Source of the DNA: a virus
Virus record (IMG/VR): IMGVR_UViG_3300044974_000943
DNA length: 64,000 bases
Reading direction: 5' to 3' (one strand)
Each line of letters opens with the position of its first letter. The first letter of the stretch is position 1. The position numbers were made by a program, and so were the translations under genes. Below, one piece after another: positions 26,569 to 36,042 of this stretch. Under the pieces are notes generated by a model that was not told where the DNA came from, did no database searches, and saw nothing but the letters and a program-made list of their open reading frames with translations.

Positions 26569-27390
26569 CTAAGCCATAACCTTATTTAAAGCAACTTGCA
26601 AAATAGGAAAATGAATCTCAGAATACACAGACACATTATATTTTTTCTTGCCAGCGACAATGCAATGGCGTTTTTCAGGGTCATCTTTAACCAAAGAGCG
26701 ATATGTTTCAGCAACAATGCTTGCAAGTCGTCTGAATAGTGGTCGAGGAAGAGTCAAACCATCTTTTTTGTAATATAACCAAGCTTCAAGAGACATCTTG
26801 CCATCTGTAAATAAACCATCATGGGCGCTGGGCAGCATACCAGAATTGTCTTCCAATAAATTTAACAACTCATCTGTGCCAGTCATGTATGTTGAAGTCT
26901 TTTCACGAATTGCGGTGTATCGTTTTGAAACTTCTTTAAGACCGCGAACTTCAGAGAGAATTTCTTGCACAGTAGCAAGCAACCTAGAATCGTTTCTATC
27001 TTCAATACTGTTAGTTGCCTCTTTAATCCACTGGTGCAGACCTTTTTGTGCAAATTTTCTATATGCAAATAGCGCCTGAGAATCTTGTTTCTCAAAAGCA
27101 TAGTAAAAAATAAGAGCTTCGCAAGTTTTAGCAGGAACAATCTTAGCACCATTTACTCCAGCAAGCACGGTGCTAAAAGCCTTACCAGCAAAGGGTTCTA
27201 AGGTTTTTGGTAGGGGTTTTGCACGGTCTTCATCTGACTTGTCAATATTAGACAAAATTCTTGTACGCAGACTAGCTTCAGTCTTACCAATAAACCGAGC
27301 TAATGCACTGATGGACATTCCTGATTCTTGCCCGTCGGCACTTACATATAACTCAATATCTTCGACAATGACAGGACTTACTGTTTCCAT
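26569..27390 (-). CDS. KilA-N-like DNA-binding protein, cyanobacterial-type
   Basis: ELYVSADGQESGMSISALARF..IFYYAFE..YRKFAQKG...WI; own TGTGCTATAGT promoter. Confidence 0.55.
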   Translation of the reverse strand: METVSPVIVEDIELYVSADGQESGMSISALARFIGKTEASLRTRILSNIDKSDEDRAKPLPKTLEPFAGKAFSTVLAGVNGAKIVPAKTCEALIFYYAFEKQDSQALFAYRKFAQKGLHQWIKEATNSIEDRNDSRLLATVQEILSEVRGLKEVSKRYTAIREKTSTYMTGTDELLNLLEDNSGMLPSAHDGLFTDGKMSLEAWLYYKKDGLTLPRPLFRRLASIVAETYRSLVKDDPEKRHCIVAGKKKYNVSVYSEIHFPILQVALNKVMA

Positions 27391-27530
27391 ATTAATTAGT
27401 AGGTAATTTTTACTTGTACCCACTATAGCACATAAAAATACTAATCCCACACCTAATAAAATATTTTTACTAATAGATGACTTTGTATTTTACGGTATGA
27501 TATCTACATATAGATGAGTAAATATAAAAA

Positions 27531-27884
27531 ATGGCTGATTCTTTCCAGAAAATAATCTTAAGTGGAAGCACAAATGGAATTGGTATTCCTATCAACGCCA
27601 CTACATCAGGTTCGGCTAACACGATTCATACGAGTCATCCGACAAATTTGCACGAATGTTGGGTCGCATTTTGCAATAATAGTGCGAATGATGTGCTTGT
27701 AACTCTTGCAATTGGCGGAACTGGCTCTACTAATTTAATTCCTCTTACAATTCCTGCTGGCAGAGGTCTTGTGCCTGTGATAAATGGCTTAGTTTATACA
27801 GGTTCGGTAGTTATAAAAGCTTGGGCTGCAACTACTGGAGCTATTGTTGCGTATGGATTTGTTAATGAGATTGTAACTATCTAA
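27531..27884 (+). CDS. Small beta-sandwich fibre adaptor-like protein
   Basis: LSGSTNG..I..T...IHT..ECW..N..GFVN; TAATG coupling to the next gene. Confidence 0.65.
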   Translation: MADSFQKIILSGSTNGIGIPINATTSGSANTIHTSHPTNLHECWVAFCNNSANDVLVTLAIGGTGSTNLIPLTIPAGRGLVPVINGLVYTGSVVIKAWAATTGAIVAYGFVNEIVTI

Positions 27885-30800
27885 TGTTTCCTAGACATAC
27901 CTTTTCTCCTGAACCACTTCAACTTACCGAAACAGAGCAGAACTATCTACCTACTCCTCTGGACGTATACGATAGCAGCACGATTTCGTATACCACTTCG
28001 TCAACAAGCTATTCATCCGTTACAAACAAATACGATTTTTCCTTTTTTGGGCAATTTTATCCCTCTGGAGTTATAAATCAAACTTTATTCACTGTAGCGG
28101 ATGAATTTACTTTTACAATCATCTCTGATGTGCTAGTAATTAAGCGTCAGATAGCTTCGGCAGTGTTTGAGACTATAAGTACTGGGCTAACCTTTACTAC
28201 GCTTACATGGTCACTGCTGCGCGTTGTCAGAAAAGGAAATGTGCTGAGTATCAAGATAAATGAGTTGGCGGCTACTCTCGTCTTCAACTACAAGATTCAG
28301 TCTGGCACTTTTAAAATAGGCAACTTCACTGGTGATGTTAAAAATATTGGCTACAAGAATGTGGCAATTCCTTGGCTTTTATCAATAAGTGCAGAGGTTT
28401 TCGATAGCGCCTTGGTTGACTATGAGCCGAGCGACAATCAAATCTGCTATCTAAAATATGCTGACGAAATTGGCAACTTTACAAAATTGACTGACACGAC
28501 CACAAATGACTATAAAACACAAACGAAGCTAATAACGCCCAATTCCCTTATCATACAAAGCGCCCGACTTCTCACATCAAGTTTTACAGTCGAGCTACGA
28601 TTTCTTTCTGCCAACATCGGTGCAAATGTAGAGCTACTAAGCTACTGGGACTCGCCCAACCTTAGTTTTTTTGTAAGGAAACTGGACAACCTATTCAAAT
28701 TTGGAAGACTCAACTCAAATACCATCAATCTACAAGACATTGGCACTTTTGACCCCTCAGAGCCTGTTCAAGTGCTTCGGCTAGAGTTTAGCCAGTATGC
28801 AGTTAAAGTGTGGCTCAACGGCGTACTAAAGCTTACTACAACGTTACAAATCAAACTACCGAGCTACAAGTTCTGGTTCAATTCAAGCAAATATCAAGCA
28901 CCTACAGGAAACTTCAGCCTAATTTCTTTTTCTGTCTGGGAGAGCGTGACCAACCTCGACCAATATTTTCCTCAAGTCGCTACGCTCCTGCCTCAAGCCA
29001 AGGTCGAGCAATTTTACCCAATTAAGTTCAGGAACAAAACGTCTTCAAATTTTCAGGGGATTTTTTCTAGGCGAATTTTTTCCGTTGCTGGCGCAACTTC
29101 TGTCGCTCCTAATTCAACCACCACATACACAATTACCCAAACTGGCTCGTACTCAGATTCCACAACCTACTTCGTAAGCTTACTAATCCCCAATAATTCT
29201 GACTGGCAAACAAATGAAGCGACTCTAAATGTTAGTACTGTATCTGTAGCGCCCAATTCACTGACAGCAACTTTCCAGTTAGTTTTAAGTAATTTTGCAG
29301 TACGACCAGCCCGAACACCAATTACCATAAGAATTTCAAACAGCACTTACTATCAAGATTATGAAGTGAGTCTTAATGAGTCACGTACTTTCGGCATCAC
29401 AAACATATCTGGATATCTTGACGGCTACTTTGCTAAATCAAGCGTAACTAGCGGCACAATACCTAATCTCACATCAACAGCTAATGCAACAACTAGTTCG
29501 ACACTGGAAACTTCGCTTTTATATGGCAAGACATACAACATCGCAAGCTCAGGGCAGAAAATAAATCTTGCTTCGCAGGTGGTCGGTGTTCGTACCTTGT
29601 TTTTTGTGTATCGAGAGTTGGCGGCTAAATCATATCGCAAATATGTTGGCTCAAGTTCAGGCTACACCTTCAATGGCGGCTCAGGCACTCAGTTGGTAGG
29701 CGCACTTCAGTTTAATGAAGGTGATTTTGTAAAAGTATCCACGCAGTCGGGTCGCTTTAGTAAAGTGGCAATTTCTGAGGATGAAAGTAATCTTGTTTAC
29801 ATTGACGATTTGGCGAACACAGTCAAAGTAGTGCGACGAATTTCTGGTATTTGGGCGTTCGGGTCTGCGGTAACTTTGCCACTGACTTCAGGTGACGCTG
29901 CTGCTTTAGCTAACGCCTCGCTTCAAATAAATAGCACTGGCGACTTGATTTGTATTGGTGTTAAAAATAGCAACTTAGGAGAAGGGCGCGTACTTCATTT
30001 CACTCGGACTGGCGTAGCTACTTGGACATCTACACTCAACTTAGGTCAAACTAGTCCTGTACCTTATATAGATGGCTTCGGTCTGGCGGCACTTGTAAAG
30101 GATGACAATACGGCACTTTTGGCTTCAGTTCAAGGCAGTAATAACATTTACAAGTTCACTTCTACTGCTGGAATCTACAATACGACCCCTAGTAACGTCT
30201 TCAACTTTTTCGGGAAAAAAATTCTGGGCAATTCTTCTTTGTCGCGATGGGCGGCGCAAGACAACTCAGGAAATGTTCGGGTTTTCGACTCAGACACGCT
30301 CACGCAAACAATTACAGGCGCTACGCTTGATTTTGCGCTAAAGGGCGATTACTTGGCGACCGCTAACTTTGCTAACGAGGTAAAAATTTGGAAATACGAA
30401 ACTGGCGCTTGGACAGTCATCAAAACCATCACAAGCGCGACCACTAATTTCGGATACTCGTTGTCATTTAATGCCAACTATGACTTGCTAGTGGGAAGCC
30501 CGAACGAATCAACTTCTTTTCTGTACTTTTTTTCTGATAACTGGACTACACCGAAAAGCTTCATAAGCACTGGACTATATGGGTACGCTAACGCTCTAGC
30601 GGCTTATAGTGTCCTGATAAGCAACTACACAGACCAGTTAGAATTTTATAGTAGTGATGGAGCCAGCATTTCCCAGATAATTACAGATGTACGGCAAAAA
30701 AAAGCGTCAACACCGCTAGACTCTAATCTAGACAGCACTGACGCTCAGGTATTGGTATTTAGTTCAAGTAGCGCGTTGACAGTCGATTCGATTGCAAGTG

Positions 30801-30925
30801 ACGTGAATGGACTTTTCTTGGGCTGTCTACTTTACAACAGACAGCTTACTACGGCTGAGATTCAGTCAATTGAGACAAACATCTACGAGTATCTTGGACT
30901 GGCTGAGAGGTCGCTTTACTCGTAA
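27884..30925 (+). CDS. Large receptor-binding or tail protein with ConA-like domains and a beta-propeller-like region
   Basis: FTVELRF, VWLNGVL, FGYSLSF..LLVGSP (FG-GAP-like), LLYNRQLTTAEIQSIE. Confidence 0.7.
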   Translation: MFPRHTFSPEPLQLTETEQNYLPTPLDVYDSSTISYTTSSTSYSSVTNKYDFSFFGQFYPSGVINQTLFTVADEFTFTIISDVLVIKRQIASAVFETISTGLTFTTLTWSLLRVVRKGNVLSIKINELAATLVFNYKIQSGTFKIGNFTGDVKNIGYKNVAIPWLLSISAEVFDSALVDYEPSDNQICYLKYADEIGNFTKLTDTTTNDYKTQTKLITPNSLIIQSARLLTSSFTVELRFLSANIGANVELLSYWDSPNLSFFVRKLDNLFKFGRLNSNTINLQDIGTFDPSEPVQVLRLEFSQYAVKVWLNGVLKLTTTLQIKLPSYKFWFNSSKYQAPTGNFSLISFSVWESVTNLDQYFPQVATLLPQAKVEQFYPIKFRNKTSSNFQGIFSRRIFSVAGATSVAPNSTTTYTITQTGSYSDSTTYFVSLLIPNNSDWQTNEATLNVSTVSVAPNSLTATFQLVLSNFAVRPARTPITIRISNSTYYQDYEVSLNESRTFGITNISGYLDGYFAKSSVTSGTIPNLTSTANATTSSTLETSLLYGKTYNIASSGQKINLASQVVGVRTLFFVYRELAAKSYRKYVGSSSGYTFNGGSGTQLVGALQFNEGDFVKVSTQSGRFSKVAISEDESNLVYIDDLANTVKVVRRISGIWAFGSAVTLPLTSGDAAALANASLQINSTGDLICIGVKNSNLGEGRVLHFTRTGVATWTSTLNLGQTSPVPYIDGFGLAALVKDDNTALLASVQGSNNIYKFTSTAGIYNTTPSNVFNFFGKKILGNSSLSRWAAQDNSGNVRVFDSDTLTQTITGATLDFALKGDYLATANFANEVKIWKYETGAWTVIKTITSATTNFGYSLSFNANYDLLVGSPNESTSFLYFFSDNWTTPKSFISTGLYGYANALAAYSVLISNYTDQLEFYSSDGASISQIITDVRQKKASTPLDSNLDSTDAQVLVFSSSSALTVDSIASDVNGLFLGCLLYNRQLTTAEIQSIETNIYEYLGLAERSLYS

Positions 30926-31374
30926 TCCTTGAAAATACCTTCTACAAGCTCTTCAAACTTAGCTTCGTCGAAATCTTGCTTACTTTCAAAATAAGTCTCT
31001 AAGGTGCGGTTAACTTCTTCGATAAAAGAGGGATGCCACTTGTCACTCAGTCTGGTGTCAGCATCAACAGAAAAAGAAATTCTCTTGACCTGTACGCCCT
31101 TACCGAAAGCTTTCTCGAAGTGCAAGTCGTGAAGTCCATCTTTTGTGGTTGGGAATGATACTAAATAAAGTTGCTTGTATGGGTTAGGGTTTTCACCTGT
31201 CTTCAAGTAGTTGCAAACTTTTCTAACATAATCTTCCTCGTTAGGTAGATAGATAAATCCGATTCGGTCATTGGCACGAAGCTCGATGTAGTCGTATTCA
31301 CTGACTTTAAGGCGGATTGGAAAGTCTTGTTGTGAGATGATTGCTTCGATTTCAGATTGTGTTGTAATTGTCAT
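30916..31374 (-). CDS. Hypothetical protein
   Basis: ORF; start moved to MTITTQ. Confidence 0.6.
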   Translation of the reverse strand: MTITTQSEIEAIISQQDFPIRLKVSEYDYIELRANDRIGFIYLPNEEDYVRKVCNYLKTGENPNPYKQLYLVSFPTTKDGLHDLHFEKAFGKGVQVKRISFSVDADTRLSDKWHPSFIEEVNRTLETYFESKQDFDEAKFEELVEGIFKDYE

Positions 31375-31378
31375 GTTT

Positions 31379-31666
31379 TTATCCGTAACTATTAGGGTCA
31401 AGGTCTTCAGCAGTAATTTCTCTGCATCCGATGTAGCAGATGCGAATGTCATCTTTACTTATCACAGTCTCACCCATGACATCAAGTTTTGAGTCTCTCA
31501 GTACATCAGCGACGAAAAGTATTCTACCCATGTTGATTGCATCTTGCTCGGTTTCATCTGGTTCATCGAGCAGAACTGTGTAGATATTGTTGTACGTGTC
31601 CTCGCTATTTCTAATTTCAGCGTAGACTGCAACAACGTAAATTCTGTTTTTAGGTTCCATAGTCAT
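31379..31666 (-). CDS. Hypothetical protein
   Basis: ORF in a coupled minus-strand run. Confidence 0.6.
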   Translation of the reverse strand: MTMEPKNRIYVVAVYAEIRNSEDTYNNIYTVLLDEPDETEQDAINMGRILFVADVLRDSKLDVMGETVISKDDIRICYIGCREITAEDLDPNSYG

Positions 31667-32016
31667 TTACTGTACCAAAACGTTGCATTAATTTGCCACC
31701 AAATAAATCTGGCAGTGAAATAACAAAAACTCTCGTTATTACTTAACTTCTTACCGTTGATAGTGAATCGAGGCTGAACTTTGAACTGAAATAAAGGAAT
31801 AAAAATTACTCCTCCTAGCTTCCAAGGTTTTTCCCAGACTACGCTACGCTCAACTCCATCACGGAATTTATGTTTTCCGCGAATAAAGTTTACTGGGAAT
31901 ACTGTAACTAATCGATGCTTAATGCGGGGGTCACGTTTATTCATAACATTTTTCCAACTCAGATATTGCTGCGGAACTACCATCATCAAAAATAATAGTT
32001 CCACTACCGTCCTCAT
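31663..32016 (-). CDS. Hypothetical basic/aromatic protein (true start possibly 31944)
   Basis: ORF; ATGA coupling to 31379..31666. Confidence 0.5.
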   Translation of the reverse strand: MRTVVELLFLMMVVPQQYLSWKNVMNKRDPRIKHRLVTVFPVNFIRGKHKFRDGVERSVVWEKPWKLGGVIFIPLFQFKVQPRFTINGKKLSNNESFCYFTARFIWWQINATFWYSK

Positions 32017-32073
32017 TATCCTCTAGTTTTACAGCTACCTTATTCAGAACTACCCAATCAATTTTATATGAAA

Positions 32074-32295
32074 TCATGCGTCCTCACGGTTCATTGGTGC
32101 AATTTCGGGGTCAATCTCGAAACAGTCAAACTTAGCTAGGTAGTAACCCAAACGAAGCATTATTTGGGATTGTTCGGTTGCAATAACGTCTACTCTTGCA
32201 GATGAGGGGTCTTTAGAAACAATTACCCCGAAAAACCACTCTGTAGTAGCTACACGCTCCTTCTTAAAAGCTGAGCCGTAACAATAGGCTTTCAT
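32074..32295 (-). CDS. Hypothetical protein
   Basis: ORF. Confidence 0.55.
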   Translation of the reverse strand: MKAYCYGSAFKKERVATTEWFFGVIVSKDPSSARVDVIATEQSQIMLRLGYYLAKFDCFEIDPEIAPMNREDA

Positions 32296-32297
32296 AG

Positions 32298-32777
32298 CTA
32301 CACCTTAATCGCAACTTCGTATACAGCTTCGGGTTCAGGCAATGCAGCAACACGTTGTTTGAAGTCAAACTCCATCATCAAGATTTCATCACTGATTTTC
32401 AGTGCTAGAATCTGTTGTTGCAAAGCTTCGATTTGCTCTTTCAGCTTTAGAATTTCACCTTCGTTGGATGCAATGTGGTCTGTGATTGCATCATCGATAG
32501 TTTCTCTCAGTTGAATTAGCTCATCGGTCAACACGACTTTGCCAGCTTTGCGCTTGACTTGAATGCTTGATTTACCAAGCTTCGCGATTGTGCCAGTTTT
32601 TGCGGTATCAAAGCGTTTTGTGAACAGTTCGGTCACTTTTATCTTCACGTCCTTCAACTCGGCTTGGACGCTCTTTTCTTGACTGCTCAAGTTGATTGCA
32701 GAAAGGAGTAACTCGTTCTCTTCGGGCGAGAGTTCGGTAGTGGCGTTAGATACGGCGAGAAGTGGTTGTGTGGTCAT
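32298..32777 (-). CDS. Coiled-coil hypothetical protein
   Basis: GGAG SD before ATG 32777; heptad-rich. Confidence 0.7.
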   Translation of the reverse strand: MTTQPLLAVSNATTELSPEENELLLSAINLSSQEKSVQAELKDVKIKVTELFTKRFDTAKTGTIAKLGKSSIQVKRKAGKVVLTDELIQLRETIDDAITDHIASNEGEILKLKEQIEALQQQILALKISDEILMMEFDFKQRVAALPEPEAVYEVAIKV

Positions 32778-33105
32778 GTTAATCTCCAAAATATAATCTA
32801 AGTGCAATGTATGCAAAAAGTGTAGGAATACTGAGTGCCAATGTTAATGGCAGAATTAGATGTAGGAACATTAGTTATAAAGCTTGGCAACAAGAGCGCC
32901 AATAATAAATCCAATAATGAAATAAGTCATTAACGTATAAACCTCTCTACTAAACCATCGACAATTAAAGACAGAAAAAACAAAATAAGACAAATTGCAA
33001 TAACTGCAATAAGAGATAGTAAAAGAAAAGTGACTAAATCGACCATCAGTACCTCGAATCACAACAAACTAATACTAAGCGCCAATCCTCTTTTCTGCAT
33101 CTATC

Positions 33106-33333
33106 TTAAGATGGATGAGTATCGTAAATAGTTACCCCAATTTCTGCTGTAGGGAATGTAGATATATAATCAACAATCAGAGAATTATTAGTATCTTTAA
33201 GTAAATTTGCCATATATTGAATAGGGTCTTCAGTGTGGTCAATATAGCCACGTAAAGACTTATCGAAGGTTAAATGACTTAGTGCTGTCTGGGGTTGTCT
33301 AGAGATGCTTGTGATGCGAATTGTGTAGGTCAT
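33106..33333 (-). CDS. Hypothetical protein
   Basis: ATGA-coupled ORF. Confidence 0.55.
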   Translation of the reverse strand: MTYTIRITSISRQPQTALSHLTFDKSLRGYIDHTEDPIQYMANLLKDTNNSLIVDYISTFPTAEIGVTIYDTHPS

Positions 33334-33764
33334 GCTCGTTTATTCCTTGCTTTTTCAAGTATTTGCTTAATTTGCAAATATCTACCTAATTTTGTGAGGT
33401 TTTGCTTATCCCAGAAACAGTTCGCAGATACAGGCTCATCCCCTTCATATTTTAATGTGCAACTTTGTTCGTAAATGAGTTCGCAGTGGGGCTTCCCTGA
33501 CGAAGGTATCTGAGGAAACTTGTCAATCTTATTCCAGACAAAACCTTGCATCACACAAGACTGTTCTGTACTTGTAGATTCTAGGAGTTCGCTTCTCTTA
33601 TTGCGTAGAAGATGTTCTCTGCATTGACCTACACGTTCACCATCACAGACTCCTCCGACCACGTAAGTCTCGTAAGTAGTAGATTCATAAGGAACAGCAA
33701 AAGTAACACCTCCAGCATCAAAATAAGTGTAGTCTGTGGTTGTATGTGGGATTGTAGTTAGCAT
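33330..33764 (-). CDS. Hypothetical protein
   Basis: ORF. Confidence 0.6.
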   Translation of the reverse strand: MLTTIPHTTTDYTYFDAGGVTFAVPYESTTYETYVVGGVCDGERVGQCREHLLRNKRSELLESTSTEQSCVMQGFVWNKIDKFPQIPSSGKPHCELIYEQSCTLKYEGDEPVSANCFWDKQNLTKLGRYLQIKQILEKARNKRA

Positions 33765-34084
33765 AGTAATCCTACTTTGTCCAATGACTCCATTAAGGTT
33801 TGAGGTTCTTCAAGCAATTGCCTTAGAGATTCTTCGTGTTTTGGGGCAAAATCAATCGATTCCATGTAAGTTTTTTGACTGTCATCTGCAAATACAAAAT
33901 AGAACCTAGTTAACGCTTTATAAGGCTCCCCAATGTTAGTGTTGACCATTTGCCGAGGCATAATTTGGCGCACAACACCTTCACTGATGAGATATACTTT
34001 GTCGTCGATTTTGAAGAGAGATTGTGGGTCGTCGTAGCGAAGTGAGGGATGGTCGCGGAAGTTTGTAAGTACTTTGTTGTTCAT
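33758..34084 (-). CDS. Hypothetical protein
   Basis: ORF. Confidence 0.6.
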   Translation of the reverse strand: MNNKVLTNFRDHPSLRYDDPQSLFKIDDKVYLISEGVVRQIMPRQMVNTNIGEPYKALTRFYFVFADDSQKTYMESIDFAPKHEESLRQLLEEPQTLMESLDKVGLLC

Positions 34085-34086
34085 GG

Positions 34087-34626
34087 TTAATTGTCCCTGT
34101 TGATTAATTCAGAATATTTTTGCAAAACTGCCACAAATTCAGAATCAGTTAATTCACTAAACACTTCAGGAACATTCAACATACCTGAAACTAGATGCCT
34201 ACAATCTGAAAAAGATTCTTTCATAAGCTCTTGCACTTCTTTAATCGTGTTAAGACGCTCTAGACGTTCTTGAAGCAATTCATCAATATATTCTAAACTT
34301 AGAGCCAGCCGCCTTTCAAGTTGCCTTACTACTTTAGGATTGGCGGTAGTTCTAGTAATAGGGAATTGGTTCGCCATTGCATCAATCAAGACAGAGAAAA
34401 CTTCTGGAGAGTATTTGAACCATTCACCAGAGATTTTATGTTTGGCAAGAGCCTTGTGTATCTCTTTTTCCTCTGCAAGACCACCTGCAAATGTTATTAA
34501 GAGGTCAAGTCTATCTGTAGTGCCAACCTGAAGCTGTGAAAGTCTACTAGTCGGATTAGTTGCATAACCAATTTTGATTTCATTCTTATTGGGGCAATGG
34601 ATAGCGTAGATAAATGTTTGTGCCAT
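34087..34626 (-). CDS. T5orf172/MUG113-type GIY-YIG protein with coiled-coil C-terminus
   Basis: MAQTFIYAIHCPNKNEIKIGYATNP..RL..LQ.GTTDRLDLL..SGEWF, near-identical to 294..773. Confidence 0.8.
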   Translation of the reverse strand: MAQTFIYAIHCPNKNEIKIGYATNPTSRLSQLQVGTTDRLDLLITFAGGLAEEKEIHKALAKHKISGEWFKYSPEVFSVLIDAMANQFPITRTTANPKVVRQLERRLALSLEYIDELLQERLERLNTIKEVQELMKESFSDCRHLVSGMLNVPEVFSELTDSEFVAVLQKYSELINRDN

Positions 34627-34631
34627 GTTTT

Positions 34632-35330
34632 TTAGTGTTTTGGTTTAAAAAATTTAGTGGGGCAGGTTCCTGATGTTGTATATTCCCAACCAGCATTGAG
34701 AAGAATATCTTGAATCTCTTTTGTAGTAAGGTCTACAGAATCGATTGTCCTTTTTAGTTCAGGGATAGTGATGTTTTTTCTATTCCCTCTAGAGTAAAAA
34801 AGAGCGTAGGCTTTTTCAACTACAAGAGCATCAGCAATATTGCAGTCAATGAAGTCTTTGTCGTACTCAAGGTAGTTCTTAGCTTGCATGATGGCTCTAG
34901 AGATAGTTCTGTTGTCAAATTCTCTATACCCCACAAATCTAGCCAACTCAAGACGTAAATAGTCGTAGGCTTTGTAGACTGTTACTGTATCCGACTTACC
35001 TTTGTAATGAATTTTTAGGTTCTCGCCATCTTCATCTGCAACAACATCAAAATCGTTTAGTAGATAAGTATTTTGGCGCAAAAGCAAAGCAAGTTTGTTC
35101 GGTTTGATTGTTTTCCCTTCTCTGGTATTTTCGTTAGCAGCTATCAGTTTAGCTACCTCGGACAAGAAGCTTTGCGATAGTAGCTCTACTACTTGAGTTA
35201 CTTTGGTAAGGCTAGGCTCTTCATCAACACCAGTAAGCTCTGAAATAATTCGTCTGGTAGTCTCGAAGTCTGGAGGAGTTCTTCGTACTTCTATTTGTAA
35301 GTTACTCACTAATTTCGGCTCTATACTCAT
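34632..35330 (-). CDS. Putative DNA-binding protein (VirE-N-like plus wHTH-like), paralog of 775..1467
   Basis: KLA......LL.DFD, L.L..F.G, KEIQDILLNAGWEY..KFFKP. Confidence 0.45.
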   Translation of the reverse strand: MSIEPKLVSNLQIEVRRTPPDFETTRRIISELTGVDEEPSLTKVTQVVELLSQSFLSEVAKLIAANENTREGKTIKPNKLALLLRQNTYLLNDFDVVADEDGENLKIHYKGKSDTVTVYKAYDYLRLELARFVGYREFDNRTISRAIMQAKNYLEYDKDFIDCNIADALVVEKAYALFYSRGNRKNITIPELKRTIDSVDLTTKEIQDILLNAGWEYTTSGTCPTKFFKPKH

Positions 35331-35566
35331 TTATAATGTTATACCATATTTTCAACGTTATAACCACTATAGCATACTATTTTTACTTAGCTTATAAACA
35401 AAAATATAATTTATAAGTTACAAGGTCTTTTATAGTGATTAAGGCTATAAGTACACATAAAAACGTCTAGAAGAAATTATTTTAGCTGTCTATAAACCTT
35501 TACTGTACCGTCCAGACATTATAAATATAAACATTACGATTAATCAGCATCATCATTCAAGACCCC

Positions 35567-35597
35567 CCTCTTCACAGCCCATCGGCGCATGAGATAC
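35567..35597. repeat. Dispersed conserved ~31-bp motif, copy 2
   Basis: Matches 1715-1746 and lies at the same position relative to the paralogous cassette. Confidence 0.85.
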
Positions 35598-35968
35598 TAC
35601 CACCTTCGATTTGGTATATCGATATTATGTAAATTATCTCGTACCCACTCAGAGTAATACTCCTCATGATAGCTAGACACCGAACGTAAGGCTTCATGTA
35701 TTGAATTGTACCCACGCTCACACACAATACCAGTAGATTTTTGAACTACATACCATTTAGTACAATCAAACTCTGGAAGAGAGTACTTTTCGTGCCTAGG
35801 CACAGTATTGTAGTTTTTAGCTACATATCTTTCTGCCATCCTACTCGGTAAATTGGATAGGTATGCTTCTTTATGTTCTTCTAAGGTCAAGCAATGAGAT
35901 TCTCGCTCTACCCAAGATTCGGTAGCTTCGTATAGACCTTCAATCCAATTACGTAATAATTTTCTCAC
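35597..35968 (-). CDS. Hypothetical protein
   Basis: AAGGAGG SD, GTG start. Confidence 0.7.
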   Translation of the reverse strand: MRKLLRNWIEGLYEATESWVERESHCLTLEEHKEAYLSNLPSRMAERYVAKNYNTVPRHEKYSLPEFDCTKWYVVQKSTGIVCERGYNSIHEALRSVSSYHEEYYSEWVRDNLHNIDIPNRRW

Positions 35969-36042
35969 TTTTACCTCCTTAAGTAAAGCTAAATTACCAC
36001 AACCTCACCCGCATTACAATATTCCGATGGTAAGATATAACA

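Noticed and set aside
32821-32868. TGTAGGAA direct repeat 40 nt apart flanking TGCCA/TGGCA (mini-CRISPR or CIRCE-like)
   Set aside because: Only two 8-bp units and one CIRCE-like half-site; too short to support a call
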